In this document: piece after piece, positions 9,467 to 20,297 of the stretch
How the letters are laid out: every line of letters starts with the position of its first letter
How positions within the stretch are numbered: position 1 is the stretch's first letter
From: a virus
IMG/VR virus record: IMGVR_UViG_3300007609_000005
Coordinates: 68,460 to 132,459 of that record
Reading direction: 5' to 3' (one strand)
DNA: 64,000 nt
The notes under the pieces: model-generated
Seen by the model: only the letters and a program-made list of their open reading frames with translations
Told to the model about the DNA's origin: nothing
The model's database searches: none
Position numbers and translations under genes: made by a program

Positions 9467-9895
9467 ATGAAACACATACTCCCATTCAATGAAGATAATA
9501 ATGACAATGGTCTAAGTGATGACGACATTAAAGAACATTTCTATGATCTACTGGATAAAGGCTACGAGTATTCAGCCATCGATACAAGTGATTCTCGTTA
9601 TATGAACATAAGCAAGGGATTAATGCAATCAGAGTTGAGTAGAGTTCCTGATGATGAACACCCATGGAAGAAGAAGAAAATATGTCTAAGTGGTCGAATA
9701 ATAGATAACATCCCGTTAAATATTTTTAAAAAGAAAACCGAAAATGAACAGATAGTGGTGAATGGATGTGAAACTTTAGAGAAATTGTATGATGGTAGTG
9801 TTTTGTTATACCACGTAAATACTGAGGTAAATAATCTTTATGGTGAGGGAATTCACCATGAAATAACTGTAATATTCATAGAAAGAACGTCTTAG
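9467..9895 (+). CDS. putative internal virion protein
   Basis: MKHILPFNE; TAATATATA at 9454-9462. Confidence 0.65.
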   Translation: MKHILPFNEDNNDNGLSDDDIKEHFYDLLDKGYEYSAIDTSDSRYMNISKGLMQSELSRVPDDEHPWKKKKICLSGRIIDNIPLNIFKKKTENEQIVVNGCETLEKLYDGSVLLYHVNTEVNNLYGEGIHHEITVIFIERTS

Positions 9896-9919
9896 GTTAT
9901 ACACAACCAATAATAAAAA

Positions 9920-10486
9920 TTACACTAAGTAATCGAAAGCCTCTTTGTATAGGTTTATCAAATTCTTATCATACCTAGACTCATCTCTCCAAGCAGAGAA
10001 TGATGCACTCATAGTAGAACCATCCAAAGTAGCAACCAAATATGTTTTTTTGTTTCCAACTATTTTCTGTAATTCCGATGGAGATAAACCATCCACATCT
10101 TCTTCGAAATAATCAATCTCTTGGATAGTACCAAGTGGATTCGTGTATGTTGCAGTTACCGGCAACTCTTCATAATATGTTACACCCAATTGATAAATTC
10201 CCTTTTTGACCATTAGTGCAGCCTTCTTCTCATCCACACTCGGAACAGTGTGCTTCATTATGGCAGACCAACTTGGTCTTTTCATATCTCCAACGTTCAA
10301 ATAATCTTCTACATCAAAATTATAGTGATGATAAAGAACTTGTGACAGTAACCAATACTGATTACGTTCAATGCAATCATCTACGAACGAATAATATTTT
10401 ATGAAGTTTTCACTGCCAAGTTTGGCAATTTTGTCTATCTTTCGATAGAAATTGTTCATTTGTCGTTTCTGTGATATCCAAGCCAT
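9920..10486 (-). CDS. hypothetical late protein
   Basis: 188-aa ORF; TAATATATA box at 10491-10499. Confidence 0.7.
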   Translation of the reverse strand: MAWISQKRQMNNFYRKIDKIAKLGSENFIKYYSFVDDCIERNQYWLLSQVLYHHYNFDVEDYLNVGDMKRPSWSAIMKHTVPSVDEKKAALMVKKGIYQLGVTYYEELPVTATYTNPLGTIQEIDYFEEDVDGLSPSELQKIVGNKKTYLVATLDGSTMSASFSAWRDESRYDKNLINLYKEAFDYLV

Positions 10487-10496
10487 ATCCTATATA

Positions 10497-11546
10497 TTAG
10501 AATGTACCATCAGTCCGAACTTTATCTTCGGTAGGTTGCACCTCTTCCTCATTCTGGCTTGCTTCTGCTTCTGCCTCAACTTTAACCTCTTCCTTTGGTT
10601 CTTCTGTGGCCTCTCCACTCTCTTCACTTCCTTTCTTGGTCTTTTCATCATACCTATCTACTTGGATAACTTTACCTAGATCTATTTTGAATCCCTCATT
10701 ATCACCTTCATCGGTTCTCACTTGAACTTGCCGTTTAGGACCAGAACCATCAAGTAGTTCGATGACAGTTGCCCTAGTTCCTTCATAATTATCATTATCT
10801 TGTGCATTTGACTTTGAGAAATATGTTATTTTATCACCCTTCTCTATTTCATTCTTAGGATCAAGGAAGGGAGATTCTTCCCACTGATAATTATCTGGGT
10901 CATCCATTGCCATTTCCATATCAAACTCAGAAGAAACCTCCTTAGGCTCTTTTTTAAGTGTTTCTGTTTCTTGTTTCTCCAATTCGACATTTTGTTCAGT
11001 CTTTTTTTGGAGATCGTTGGCAATATTGCTCAGATCATTATTATTCTTCAACTGTTCCTCACTTATGCCCACTTGGTCATAGATAATTGCCCTTTCCCTT
11101 TCGAGAAGTTCTTGTTGCATTTCTATTTTCATTAACTTGATATAGTTTTTCATTCGTGGGTCTTTTTCCTCTTTCATCTGTTCTTTGAAACGAATGTCAA
11201 ACTTCTCCTTGGATAATTTTATTTGCTTTTCAAAATTTTCCTTATTCTCTTTATAAGCATTACTCAGTTCTTCCATTTTCTTATCATCGACTTCCGGTTC
11301 TCCTTCTTGTGTAGTTTTAACATATTCTGCAAAATCTCTCAGAGATTTCAACATAATATTCTGTTTGGCAATCAATTCTGCTTTATAATCTTCGATTATT
11401 TTCTCAACTTCGGCTGCCGAGCCGAACATTTTGGAGAATTCTTTTGATACTTTGTTCTTAACCATATTCTTTAGTTTGTTGAACATATCTCCAACAACAC
11501 CCTCATTATATTTCTTGTGTGATTCAAATGTCCTTATATACCTCAT
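10497..11546 (-). CDS. coiled-coil acidic putative internal head protein
   Basis: MRYIRTFES start; late box 11568-11576; Glu/Lys-rich. Confidence 0.7.
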   Translation of the reverse strand: MRYIRTFESHKKYNEGVVGDMFNKLKNMVKNKVSKEFSKMFGSAAEVEKIIEDYKAELIAKQNIMLKSLRDFAEYVKTTQEGEPEVDDKKMEELSNAYKENKENFEKQIKLSKEKFDIRFKEQMKEEKDPRMKNYIKLMKIEMQQELLERERAIIYDQVGISEEQLKNNNDLSNIANDLQKKTEQNVELEKQETETLKKEPKEVSSEFDMEMAMDDPDNYQWEESPFLDPKNEIEKGDKITYFSKSNAQDNDNYEGTRATVIELLDGSGPKRQVQVRTDEGDNEGFKIDLGKVIQVDRYDEKTKKGSEESGEATEEPKEEVKVEAEAEASQNEEEVQPTEDKVRTDGTF

Positions 11547-11588
11547 AATAGCTCTTTTATTGTAACATATATATTAAATACCAATTCA

Positions 11589-12260
11589 TTAAACCTCTTC
11601 AACAAGAACTTGGCCCTTTCCCATTTCCACCAATGCTGCAAACCGGTGGTTGAAATCCGTTAACGTATATTCTTTATTATCTTTCCAATATTCCAATATT
11701 TCTTTAAATCCCATATACAGATCGTGGTCATAATCACCTTCCCTATCCTCATCATCCATTATATCTTTATTATAAACAATATCCAGATCATCTACATCTC
11801 TCACATCGGACAGTTCCATTTCATCATTGAACCCAAATTCCCAAGGGCTACTTATAATATCAAATTTACTAAGGTCAAATAACTTCATATATTCCTTAGA
11901 TAGTATCTCCCAAGCAATTTCGAAATTTTCATTTTCATCCAAATATTCTAACATCTCTTCCAAATTATTACACAACCCTAAAGGATTTGACTGAACAGGG
12001 AAGGTCTGAGTTATACCACCCTCATTGAAATATTGGATATACCTCTTTATTTGGTCCGGATAAAATAAATTCTCTTCCGTATACTCTATCAAATCCACAC
12101 TCACCATTGTATCATTCCCGGATAACTCATAAAGTATTCCATCACAATACTCATAATCATGACCATCATCAGCTACCGTTTTAGTGATATCATATTCATC
12201 ACCATCATTCAACGTATGATAAGAGGTTGCCTCATTGAATTCTTTAAAGTTTTTGATCAT
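11589..12260 (-). CDS. ParB/Sulfiredoxin-like protein with acidic insertion, putative virion cargo
   Basis: MIKNFKEFNE start; LTDFNHRFAAL resembles the ParB DGxHR motif; late box 12267-12275. Confidence 0.5.
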   Translation of the reverse strand: MIKNFKEFNEATSYHTLNDGDEYDITKTVADDGHDYEYCDGILYELSGNDTMVSVDLIEYTEENLFYPDQIKRYIQYFNEGGITQTFPVQSNPLGLCNNLEEMLEYLDENENFEIAWEILSKEYMKLFDLSKFDIISSPWEFGFNDEMELSDVRDVDDLDIVYNKDIMDDEDREGDYDHDLYMGFKEILEYWKDNKEYTLTDFNHRFAALVEMGKGQVLVEEV

Positions 12261-12326
12261 GTCATATATATATTAAAAACTTAGACATATATACATAGTA
12301 TAATAATTAAAATAGATACACAGAAT

Positions 12327-12884
12327 ATGAATTGGAAAGAATACTTACAGCTATCAGAAAAAACATTATCGACAGAATTCCATGTTGGTACAAAAACCGA
12401 AAACCTATTGCATGCAATAATGGGCATTCTCACTGAACTTGAAGAACTTATAATAAATCACGATGACGAATATGATGATGCCAATGTACTGGAAGAAGTT
12501 GGTGATATCACTTGGTATTTGGCAATAATCGGAAGGGAATATGATATTGACTGGACACCGGATGAAGATGTTTATACACAAGTTCAATGCTCCAAGACAG
12601 AATATATAATGAAAATGATAAAAGCATCACTTAAAATGTTAGATGTGATGAAAAAGAAAATTTACTATAACAAACCAATTAATGACCAATTCATAATTGA
12701 ACAAACAAGAATTGTTATGACAAACCTATATCTGTATTTTGATAAATCAAATACAAAATTCAATTCTTGTTTTGATGTTAATATTGCAAAATTGAAACAG
12801 AGATATGGTGATAAATTCACATCAGAAAAAGCAATCAATAGAGATTTGGGTTCTGAAAGAAAAATTTTGGAAAATGGAAATTAA
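12327..12884 (+). CDS. MazG-like nucleotide pyrophosphohydrolase
   Basis: GILTELEE, LEEVGDITWYLA, NIAKLKQRY. Confidence 0.85.
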   Translation: MNWKEYLQLSEKTLSTEFHVGTKTENLLHAIMGILTELEELIINHDDEYDDANVLEEVGDITWYLAIIGREYDIDWTPDEDVYTQVQCSKTEYIMKMIKASLKMLDVMKKKIYYNKPINDQFIIEQTRIVMTNLYLYFDKSNTKFNSCFDVNIAKLKQRYGDKFTSEKAINRDLGSERKILENGN

Positions 12885-12922
12885 TTTATAATTTTGTAAA
12901 ACAAACTAAAACAAACGAAGTA

Positions 12923-13186
12923 ATGAGCCACCAACAAGGAGAAATGACATTTCAAGAATTCAATGAGAGAGTTATGACCACGAAACATTCTGTGTGGTTT
13001 GATGCATTACATATCCAAAAAAGAAAAAGACTTTATAGAGAATGGGGATATTTCTCAAATGACCTAATTGGGAAAAATAAAAAACCATCACTCAGAAAGT
13101 TTATTTACAACATAAGAAATAATAGACAGTATTATACAGTACCCAAGCAGGCATTGAGAAAAAATATTTTAGATAAAATACTATGA
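12923..13186 (+). CDS. hypothetical protein with C-terminal tag
   Basis: Ends ALRKNILDKIL; TAATTTTG at 12889-12896. Confidence 0.65.
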   Translation: MSHQQGEMTFQEFNERVMTTKHSVWFDALHIQKRKRLYREWGYFSNDLIGKNKKPSLRKFIYNIRNNRQYYTVPKQALRKNILDKIL

Positions 13187-14151
13187 AGATTTTTGCAGGA
13201 TCAAATTACGAACACCTAACAGACCTGGTTATTGATGGTCTGAATGAAACAAGGTTATCAACATCGAAAGTTGATATCGGTAAATTAAAAATAGACCATT
13301 TCAAAGATGGTGAAATGTTGCCACTGTTCAAAGAATCTATTCGATCAGAACATGTTTTCTATTTGAACTCAACATCATCTTCTGATGAATGGGTGGAGAC
13401 ATTCTTGGCAATGGATGCTATCAAACGATCAGGTTGCAAAAGACTAACTCTTTTGATTCCATTCCTTGGGTATTCACGCCAAGATAAAGCCGACCACCTA
13501 CGCACTTCCATAGGTGCAAAGATGTTTGCAGATATCTTTGATAAATTGAGTGAAAAGATGCACGTTGATATGATTACATTAGACCTCCATTCCAAGGCGG
13601 TTCAAGGATTTTATGATATTCCGGTCATCCACCTTATGGGCACTCGTCTATTTGTTGAATATATCAATAAAATGAACCTTGATAATATCTGCATTGTTGC
13701 TCCGGACCGAGGTGCTGCAGACCGAGCAAATGCAGTACATAAAAAAATTCCAGGTTCAGAATTGGCAATCATCAATAAACAACGCATTGTTCCCAATAAA
13801 GTACATTCTATGGATTTGTTAGGTTCTGTTGAAGGAATGAATGTCATAATAATCGATGATATGGCAGATACTTGTGGAACTTTATGCAAAGCATCTGACC
13901 TCCTATTGGAGAATGGTGCTGAGTCAGTAAGGGCAATGACCACGCACGGCATTCTGTCAGGTGATGCACTAAATAAATTAGAAAACTCAAGTCTTGAATA
14001 CCTTATGGTATTCGACACCATATCATCTGTATCTGATAAGGAAAAGAAATGTAGCAAGTTGAAAGTAGTTACTTGCTCAACAATGCTTTACGAATCGATA
14101 AATGCATTGAACAGACATATTTCAATTCAAACAAACGTAAACGATAAGTAA
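13183..14151 (+). CDS. prs: ribose-phosphate pyrophosphokinase
   Basis: FKDGE, PFLGYSRQDK, DLHS..VQGFYDIP, VAPDRGA, IIIDDMADTCGTL, THGILSG. Confidence 0.95.
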   Translation: MKIFAGSNYEHLTDLVIDGLNETRLSTSKVDIGKLKIDHFKDGEMLPLFKESIRSEHVFYLNSTSSSDEWVETFLAMDAIKRSGCKRLTLLIPFLGYSRQDKADHLRTSIGAKMFADIFDKLSEKMHVDMITLDLHSKAVQGFYDIPVIHLMGTRLFVEYINKMNLDNICIVAPDRGAADRANAVHKKIPGSELAIINKQRIVPNKVHSMDLLGSVEGMNVIIIDDMADTCGTLCKASDLLLENGAESVRAMTTHGILSGDALNKLENSSLEYLMVFDTISSVSDKEKKCSKLKVVTCSTMLYESINALNRHISIQTNVNDK

Positions 14152-14652
14152 ATGGAACCATCTGTGGCTTTCACATCCTTCGGTATTCTTTTGGGCATTA
14201 TATTCACTTGTATGTGTCTTCTAATATTCACCTTGACCATTTCAAATAAATCACTTAAAAATGAAGTGGATTCACTTAAAAAATATAGGGAGAAATTTTC
14301 AAAACGAAAGAATAAACTAAGAAAGGGAATTTATCAGACAAAATGGTTTAATGTTAAGGATAAAGAAATAAACCCAAACAACTATGCATCATGGTCTACG
14401 ACTTTTACAGTACAAGAACTTGGAGAAAAGACCGGTAACAAAACAAAGGTTGAAATAATCGATTGCTTTTGTAGTGACCGTTCAAAGTTAGAAACATTGG
14501 ATTATTATAAGAATTGGTTGAATGATAAATATGGTGGTTATGTCGATTTGAGTAATATTGAATGGATAGAAACAAAGTCCAAAGACGAAATAAGGGGAGA
14601 AAAATTAGAAGAGATCCTATCTTCCGAAGATACAGATAAACAATATTCATAA
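14152..14652 (+). CDS. membrane-anchored hypothetical protein with C-terminal tag
   Basis: N-terminal hydrophobic helix; EIRGEKLEEILSS near the C-terminus. Confidence 0.7.
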   Translation: MEPSVAFTSFGILLGIIFTCMCLLIFTLTISNKSLKNEVDSLKKYREKFSKRKNKLRKGIYQTKWFNVKDKEINPNNYASWSTTFTVQELGEKTGNKTKVEIIDCFCSDRSKLETLDYYKNWLNDKYGGYVDLSNIEWIETKSKDEIRGEKLEEILSSEDTDKQYS

Positions 14653-14717
14653 ATTAGTGGGATATGTATAAACAAACCATACAAAATATTCTATAATTAA
14701 AAAATAGAATATTATGA

Positions 14718-15917
14718 ATGGCAGTAAAGCTTATATTAACCCAGATAATGAAAGACGAGGCACACGTTGCCCATCGAATGCTGAATTCGATTAAACCCAT
14801 TGTTGATGGCATCGTTGTTATCGATACCGGTTCAACAGACGACTCTATAAATATCGTAAAGAAATGGGGTGAAGACAATGGTGTAGAAACACACGTATTC
14901 GAAAGACCATTTGATAACTTTGAAGACTCACGTAACGAATCTTTTAAAAAGGCAAGAGAAGTATTCCTTGGTCGAGATGATAATCACACTTACTACAATT
15001 TTTGGTTGGACTTTGATGAACAATTGATAATCGACCCAAGCTTCAAAAAGAATAAACTCAATAAAGACCTTTATATGTTCAACACATATATCAAGACGAT
15101 GAAATATACTCGTAATGAACTATGTAGATTGGACAAGGATTTCCGATTCTATGGTCCGGTACATGAGTTTATTGTCCCGCCAAATGGACCAGATGGGAAA
15201 CCCGATAAAACAATTACATCTGCACTCTTAGATGGTATTACTGTCAAGGTTGAAATGGATGGTGGTTCATGGCAAGGTAATATATCACACAAATATAAAT
15301 CACATGCACATTCATTGGAGAAATATATCGATGAAAGTAGGGAAGATCCGAGATGGGTATTTTACACTGCACAATCATATCACGACTCTGCATGTGTTCC
15401 GGAAAATAAACAAGAGAATGATGAACGGCTAAGAAGATCTTTGTACTATTATAAGGAAAGAGTTCAAAGACCAGATGGTTATTATGAGGAGATTTTCTAC
15501 TCACAATACCGAATTGCCACGATAATGAGGGCAATGGAAGAACCTTGGAACTTGTGTCTTAACGAATTCTTAAAGGCACATAGTATGGATCCACTAAGGG
15601 GAGAACCAATAAAAGCAATTTCCGATTATTATTTAGCACTTGGTGAATGGAATAATGCATATATATTCACCTCACTTGGTAAAAAGTTATACCATGGAAA
15701 TAACCCATACCCAAAACGACTTCTTTTTGTTGATGAAACCATGTATGTTTGGAAATTCTTGGAGGCACATGCGGCAGCCTGTTTTTATACAAATCGAAAA
15801 TCTGAGGCAAAACAGACATATTTGGAAATGAGTTCAATAATGAAATCTCAACCACAGTTTTTCACACAAGATGATATCCAAAAAATACAATCCAATGCAC
15901 AGTTTTTCACTCAGTAG
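14718..15917 (+). CDS. GT2-family glycosyltransferase with C-terminal TPR-like region
   Basis: IMKDEA, VIDTGSTDDS, FDNFEDSRN, LDFDE, GPVHE, FYTAQSY. Confidence 0.85.
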   Translation: MAVKLILTQIMKDEAHVAHRMLNSIKPIVDGIVVIDTGSTDDSINIVKKWGEDNGVETHVFERPFDNFEDSRNESFKKAREVFLGRDDNHTYYNFWLDFDEQLIIDPSFKKNKLNKDLYMFNTYIKTMKYTRNELCRLDKDFRFYGPVHEFIVPPNGPDGKPDKTITSALLDGITVKVEMDGGSWQGNISHKYKSHAHSLEKYIDESREDPRWVFYTAQSYHDSACVPENKQENDERLRRSLYYYKERVQRPDGYYEEIFYSQYRIATIMRAMEEPWNLCLNEFLKAHSMDPLRGEPIKAISDYYLALGEWNNAYIFTSLGKKLYHGNNPYPKRLLFVDETMYVWKFLEAHAAACFYTNRKSEAKQTYLEMSSIMKSQPQFFTQDDIQKIQSNAQFFTQ

Positions 15918-16281
15918 TTTTGTGAATAATGCAATAGACCTCTTCATAGTTTTTTGTTATTTCCTTGGTGAAAGGAAGTTACCAAAATATGTGAAGAGGT
16001 CTTTTTTATTCAATAATGAACTTGAAGTAAAAGTTTGGGCACTTACTGGAAATGAGGAGGATATAACAGATGCCATCAACTCAGTATTCTTATTTGAAAA
16101 ACCCACTATCACTAATTTCCATAAACTAAGAAAACACAAACTATTGAGTAAATTCATAGAATTATGTTTAAAAAGGGAAATTTATACAAAGCCAAAGTCA
16201 ATGCTGCCATATATTAGGTGTACAACAGAATCCATACAAGTAGCCAGACGTAAAAAACTTAAAAAGATATTAGGTAAATAG
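15871..16281 (+). CDS. hypothetical protein with C-terminal tag (start uncertain)
   Basis: Ends ARRKKLKKILGK. Confidence 0.6.
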   Translation: MISKKYNPMHSFSLSSFVNNAIDLFIVFCYFLGERKLPKYVKRSFLFNNELEVKVWALTGNEEDITDAINSVFLFEKPTITNFHKLRKHKLLSKFIELCLKREIYTKPKSMLPYIRCTTESIQVARRKKLKKILGK

Positions 16282-16335
16282 GTTCATTTAACTAAATGCA
16301 AACCTTGTTTCAGGACTATCAATCAAATATTTCGA

Positions 16336-16836
16336 TTAAGCAAATAAATCTTCATCTGGCCCACTCATTCCGTCCAATTCAATTCCATCTATAAAATTGA
16401 AAAGTTCTATCAGATATTTATCTTTAATATCCTCTATATACCCATTTATTATCGATGGGTCCAATGATACTTCTTCTGTCTGAATATCTTTCCACTCACC
16501 CACTTCATAATTCTCATCAGGATCATCTGCAGAAACTTTTTTATAAAGAGTTATCCCAAGAGTATATTGGTGATTGTGAAATAAATCAACTTCTATTTGA
16601 TAGTTTTCATTTTCTGTTACCCAAGTTATATCGTCTGTATCATAATTGTGTTCCAATGCAAACCCACGGAGTTCGTGTCTAAGTGGCCACTTCTCGTAGT
16701 ACTCATCATATAATAAATCATCAAGTTCTTTGGATATTCTATCCATATCCTCTGCCTCAGAATCCACACCAACTAATTCACCTTTATCATTTACCATAAA
16801 TGATTCTTTGAATTTATTATATTTAAGTAATGCCAT
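16336..16836 (-). CDS. acidic putative internal virion protein
   Basis: MALLKYNKFKES; late box 16852-16860. Confidence 0.65.
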   Translation of the reverse strand: MALLKYNKFKESFMVNDKGELVGVDSEAEDMDRISKELDDLLYDEYYEKWPLRHELRGFALEHNYDTDDITWVTENENYQIEVDLFHNHQYTLGITLYKKVSADDPDENYEVGEWKDIQTEEVSLDPSIINGYIEDIKDKYLIELFNFIDGIELDGMSGPDEDLFA

Positions 16837-16877
16837 TATTCTTTGTTTTCTTATATATTAATATTACCTTTGTATAA

Positions 16878-17528
16878 ATGAGTAAGTACGGATCAACATT
16901 TCATTTACCATTCTCACCTGGTCTATCAAGAGATGATAAAAGGTCAAATGACCAATCACAATTGTTAGGTAAGGAAATAATCATTACTGAGAAATTAGAT
17001 GGCGAGAACACGGGGATAACAAGGCCCGGAGTTTATGCAAGAAGTCATGTTGAATTCACAAAAAACCCTTGGGCAACAATGGTTCGACAATTACACGGTC
17101 GAATCGGATATGAAATACCGGAAAATGTATTTCTATTCGGTGAAAATATGGAAGGTATCCATAGTATTGAGTATTCAAATCTAACATCACCTTTCTACCT
17201 TTTCGGAATCCGAGAGAATACAACTTGGTGGTCTTGGGATGAAGTTGAAGAATGGGCTTACCTTTTGGACATACCAGTTGCCCCCGTTCTCTTCCGAGGA
17301 AGTGTGGAATCCATAAAAGAATTACAAAACAAAATTGAAACTTTTATGGAAAGTGGTTCTATATTAGGTGGTCTTATAGAAGGGGTTGTTGTAAGAACAG
17401 CCACCGAATTTGAAGATAGTGAGTTCCAAACACACGTACAAAAGTATGTAAGAGAGAACCATGTTCAAACTGATGAACACTGGAGAGTGAATTGGAAAAG
17501 AGCAAACATTAAATTTGGAAATATTTAA
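16878..17528 (+). CDS. ATP-dependent RNA ligase family protein
   Basis: TEKLDGEN (motif I), LFGEN, FYLFGI, EGVVVR, KYVRENHVQTDEHW; TACCTTTG at 16865-16872. Confidence 0.88.
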   Translation: MSKYGSTFHLPFSPGLSRDDKRSNDQSQLLGKEIIITEKLDGENTGITRPGVYARSHVEFTKNPWATMVRQLHGRIGYEIPENVFLFGENMEGIHSIEYSNLTSPFYLFGIRENTTWWSWDEVEEWAYLLDIPVAPVLFRGSVESIKELQNKIETFMESGSILGGLIEGVVVRTATEFEDSEFQTHVQKYVRENHVQTDEHWRVNWKRANIKFGNI

Positions 17529-17559
17529 TGTTATCAATAATTAGAAAAACGAATAAAAG

Positions 17560-18060
17560 ATGACAACAACAATCAAAAATCAAAAACTGTTTTGTTCTAA
17601 ATGTGGTGGGGAATTTTCACTACAATACCCATTAGGAGTGTCCGAACTAGCAGAAAAAACCAAAGCATTTGACGAGTTACACAAAGACTGTAAACAAACT
17701 TGGACCGAACCAAAAGCAGATCAAACAAAAAGTATAAAAGAAAAGGCCATATGGTGGATGGGATGTGGTGAAAGGGGAATGAGTTCCGAAACAATGTGGA
17801 ATTTTTTTATGGGTGAAAGAAACTTCCCAATCCATCACCCATATGACCCTGGCGATTTCAAACGATGCTACAAACTATTGGAAGCCGTTCCGGAATGGAA
17901 AACGGAACTTTATGAACTCAAATCACTGTCAACTGCTTGGAGCAACTTAGTTGATAATTGGCCCGAACTAACCGAAATGTTTGAGGAAAATGTAAGAACT
18001 GAATGGAAGGAAACCAAACGAATTGGTATGTATGAATTTATGCAGACCTTAATTCGTTAA
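17560..18060 (+). CDS. hypothetical phage protein
   Basis: CxxC; GMSSETM, HPYDPGDFKRC..LL..VPEW. Confidence 0.7.
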   Translation: MTTTIKNQKLFCSKCGGEFSLQYPLGVSELAEKTKAFDELHKDCKQTWTEPKADQTKSIKEKAIWWMGCGERGMSSETMWNFFMGERNFPIHHPYDPGDFKRCYKLLEAVPEWKTELYELKSLSTAWSNLVDNWPELTEMFEENVRTEWKETKRIGMYEFMQTLIR

Positions 18061-18080
18061 TAGAGATAAAAAAGTATCAA

Positions 18081-18545
18081 ATGAAACCATTGACAATGTA
18101 TATTATTTGTGCGTTATTAATACTTGCAATAATTATAACTGTTATATCATATCAATCCAAAATTAATTCACTGAATAAAGAATATCATGGGTCAATATCA
18201 ACTGTGAAAAACTACTTAAAAGACCAACGATCATTAAAGGTAGGTGATGTCGGTATTATTCGTAACTATAAATTGGAAGTCACATCCACCGGTGAAAATT
18301 TTAAAGTTGACTTTGAAGTTATAATAACTGATGTGAGTGAGAAAGATGCAAAAATTCAAATAACTGATATGTCAAGTGTTTATTCATATGCAAAAGACCC
18401 ATCAAACCATCAAAGCATAATAAACTTTGTTGATAAAACTTGGGTATCAAAATCTACAATAAGTCCAATTATCGGAGCAAAATCATTAAGAAACGATAAG
18501 ATAGAAAAGTTATTAAACGAATACGAAGATAAAGAAAATGATTAA
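18081..18545 (+). CDS. membrane-anchored hypothetical protein with C-terminal tag
   Basis: N-terminal TM helix; LKVGD; SLRNDKIEKLLNE. Confidence 0.7.
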   Translation: MKPLTMYIICALLILAIIITVISYQSKINSLNKEYHGSISTVKNYLKDQRSLKVGDVGIIRNYKLEVTSTGENFKVDFEVIITDVSEKDAKIQITDMSSVYSYAKDPSNHQSIINFVDKTWVSKSTISPIIGAKSLRNDKIEKLLNEYEDKEND

Positions 18546-19014
18546 ATTAGTAGTTGCAATGTCTAATAACCATGTAATTGGCAAAGACAATAAACTTATA
18601 TGGAAACAATCCAATGACCTTAAAAGGTTCAAAGAACTTACATCCGGAAACACATGTATAATGGGTCGTAAAACATTTGAATCTATTGGAAAACCCCTTC
18701 CAAACCGAAAAAACTGCATCATTTCAAGAACACACCAGTCAATAGAAGGGTGTCATGTATATGACTCATTGGAAGTTGCCTTACAAGACAACCCGGAATG
18801 CTTTGTTATAGGTGGTTCTACAATATACGAACAAACAATCAATAAAGCAGATGAAATATATCTCACACTTGTTGATTGTGTAGTAGAGGGCGATGCATTC
18901 TTCCCACAATTTGAAGGATTCAAGATTGAATCCGAAGAACAATACACAAAGGATGATAAAAACCAATATGACTACAAATTTATTAAATATACAAAAGAAA
19001 ACAACAATGAATAA
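18538..19014 (+). CDS. folA: dihydrofolate reductase
   Basis: VIGKDNKLIW, DLKRFKELT, IMGRKTFESIGKPLPNRKN, VIGGSTIY, GDAFFP. Confidence 0.97.
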   Translation: MIKLVVAMSNNHVIGKDNKLIWKQSNDLKRFKELTSGNTCIMGRKTFESIGKPLPNRKNCIISRTHQSIEGCHVYDSLEVALQDNPECFVIGGSTIYEQTINKADEIYLTLVDCVVEGDAFFPQFEGFKIESEEQYTKDDKNQYDYKFIKYTKENNNE

Positions 19015-19402
19015 CTCAACAGATGAAAACGATACTAAGAAATATATGATGAAATTAAAATCCATCATAGTTCATAATATGAAGAATTCAGAATGGTCAT
19101 TTGGCGATACAAATGATGAATTTGTATCAGAATACATAGAAATATTTTACAACACCACATTTCAACAATGGAAGATTACAATATACACAAGTAAAGAACC
19201 AACAATCATAAATACCATAAATGCACCTCAATTATTCAATTGGTTCGAGTTTCATTATTACCGTGTTTTCTATATTGTTAAAAGTGCCAAAAACCACGTG
19301 AAAAGAAAAGAAGAAAAACGATTGGCCAAAATAACCAAATCCTTTATTGAGAATAACCAATCCGAAAATAGAAATGCTATATTTGAAGAATTACTAAATT
19401 AA
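19007..19402 (+). CDS. hypothetical protein with C-terminal tag
   Basis: Likely start MNNSTDE; ends ENRNAIFEELLN. Confidence 0.6.
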   Translation: MNNSTDENDTKKYMMKLKSIIVHNMKNSEWSFGDTNDEFVSEYIEIFYNTTFQQWKITIYTSKEPTIINTINAPQLFNWFEFHYYRVFYIVKSAKNHVKRKEEKRLAKITKSFIENNQSENRNAIFEELLN

Positions 19403-20245
19403 CTAGCCAACCTTTATCATTAAACAAGGTTGGTCGGTCCAACATTCTGTCCGACTATCACGGTCAATAGTAGTCTCATTATTATATTCCAATAATTGAA
19501 ATTCACCGATATATTTAGAACCCATAGGGTCAATAATCTCATCTAGTACATCATAAAACCCATTAGGGTAATTCCTTTTGAATCTCAATAGATCCTCTTT
19601 TGTATCAAACCATTTATGCCCAGCTTGATCAAATTTGCTTTTGACAATTGGGTTTTTCTCAATATCTATTTCTTGACACCGTTTCTTAAAATCATCCAAT
19701 GATAGATCTTTGGGTGCATCACCTGCATAATAATAGTCAACCAATTTTTTTGTCAGTGAATCGATATCCAATGAGCGTACATTCAATTTATTATCAACTG
19801 TCCATAGTCCAACACCAAATGAACTCCATATATCACTTGATGGTGTGAATGCAACCAAAGAATTTTCCTTTATCGGGATTACTCTATAAAGATTCTTACC
19901 ATATACACTCAATCCATAATCCTTTGTCGAACATATAACACTTTCTGACCTATTTGGCCACCCTTTCCATTCATCTATGAATAGTTGATATAATACCGGT
20001 GAATGCCTTGGACCCCTTTTATGTTTTTTTGGATCAATAAACCTTACTGCAGAATCTGCATCGACCATCCGGTACATTTTAGTCTCACAATTTTCCCAAT
20101 CATACCAAGGTGCATATTTATCAAGTGCTTCCTCTTTGGTCATTTCAAGTTTTTCTGCACGGCTTTTATTTTTATAACCATACTTCTTCCATGGATCATT
20201 GGGGTTACTATCTTCATTCACAAATTGATCAAATTTAAATATCAT
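19403..20245 (-). CDS. putative R-S-E type ADP-ribosyltransferase-like virion protein
   Basis: MIFKFDQFVNE start; MYRMV...VICST...YG..LYRVIP...TECW; GAATATATA box at 20250-20258. Confidence 0.5.
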   Translation of the reverse strand: MIFKFDQFVNEDSNPNDPWKKYGYKNKSRAEKLEMTKEEALDKYAPWYDWENCETKMYRMVDADSAVRFIDPKKHKRGPRHSPVLYQLFIDEWKGWPNRSESVICSTKDYGLSVYGKNLYRVIPIKENSLVAFTPSSDIWSSFGVGLWTVDNKLNVRSLDIDSLTKKLVDYYYAGDAPKDLSLDDFKKRCQEIDIEKNPIVKSKFDQAGHKWFDTKEDLLRFKRNYPNGFYDVLDEIIDPMGSKYIGEFQLLEYNNETTIDRDSRTECWTDQPCLMIKVG

Positions 20246-20284
20246 AACATATATATTCAGTTATATGTTCCTCAATTAACCAAA

Positions 20285-20297
20285 TGACATTTTGTCA
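20285..20297. promoter_or_regulatory. palindromic operator/enhancer upstream of dnaK
   Basis: TGACA-TTT-TGTCA perfect inverted repeat. Confidence 0.5.
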
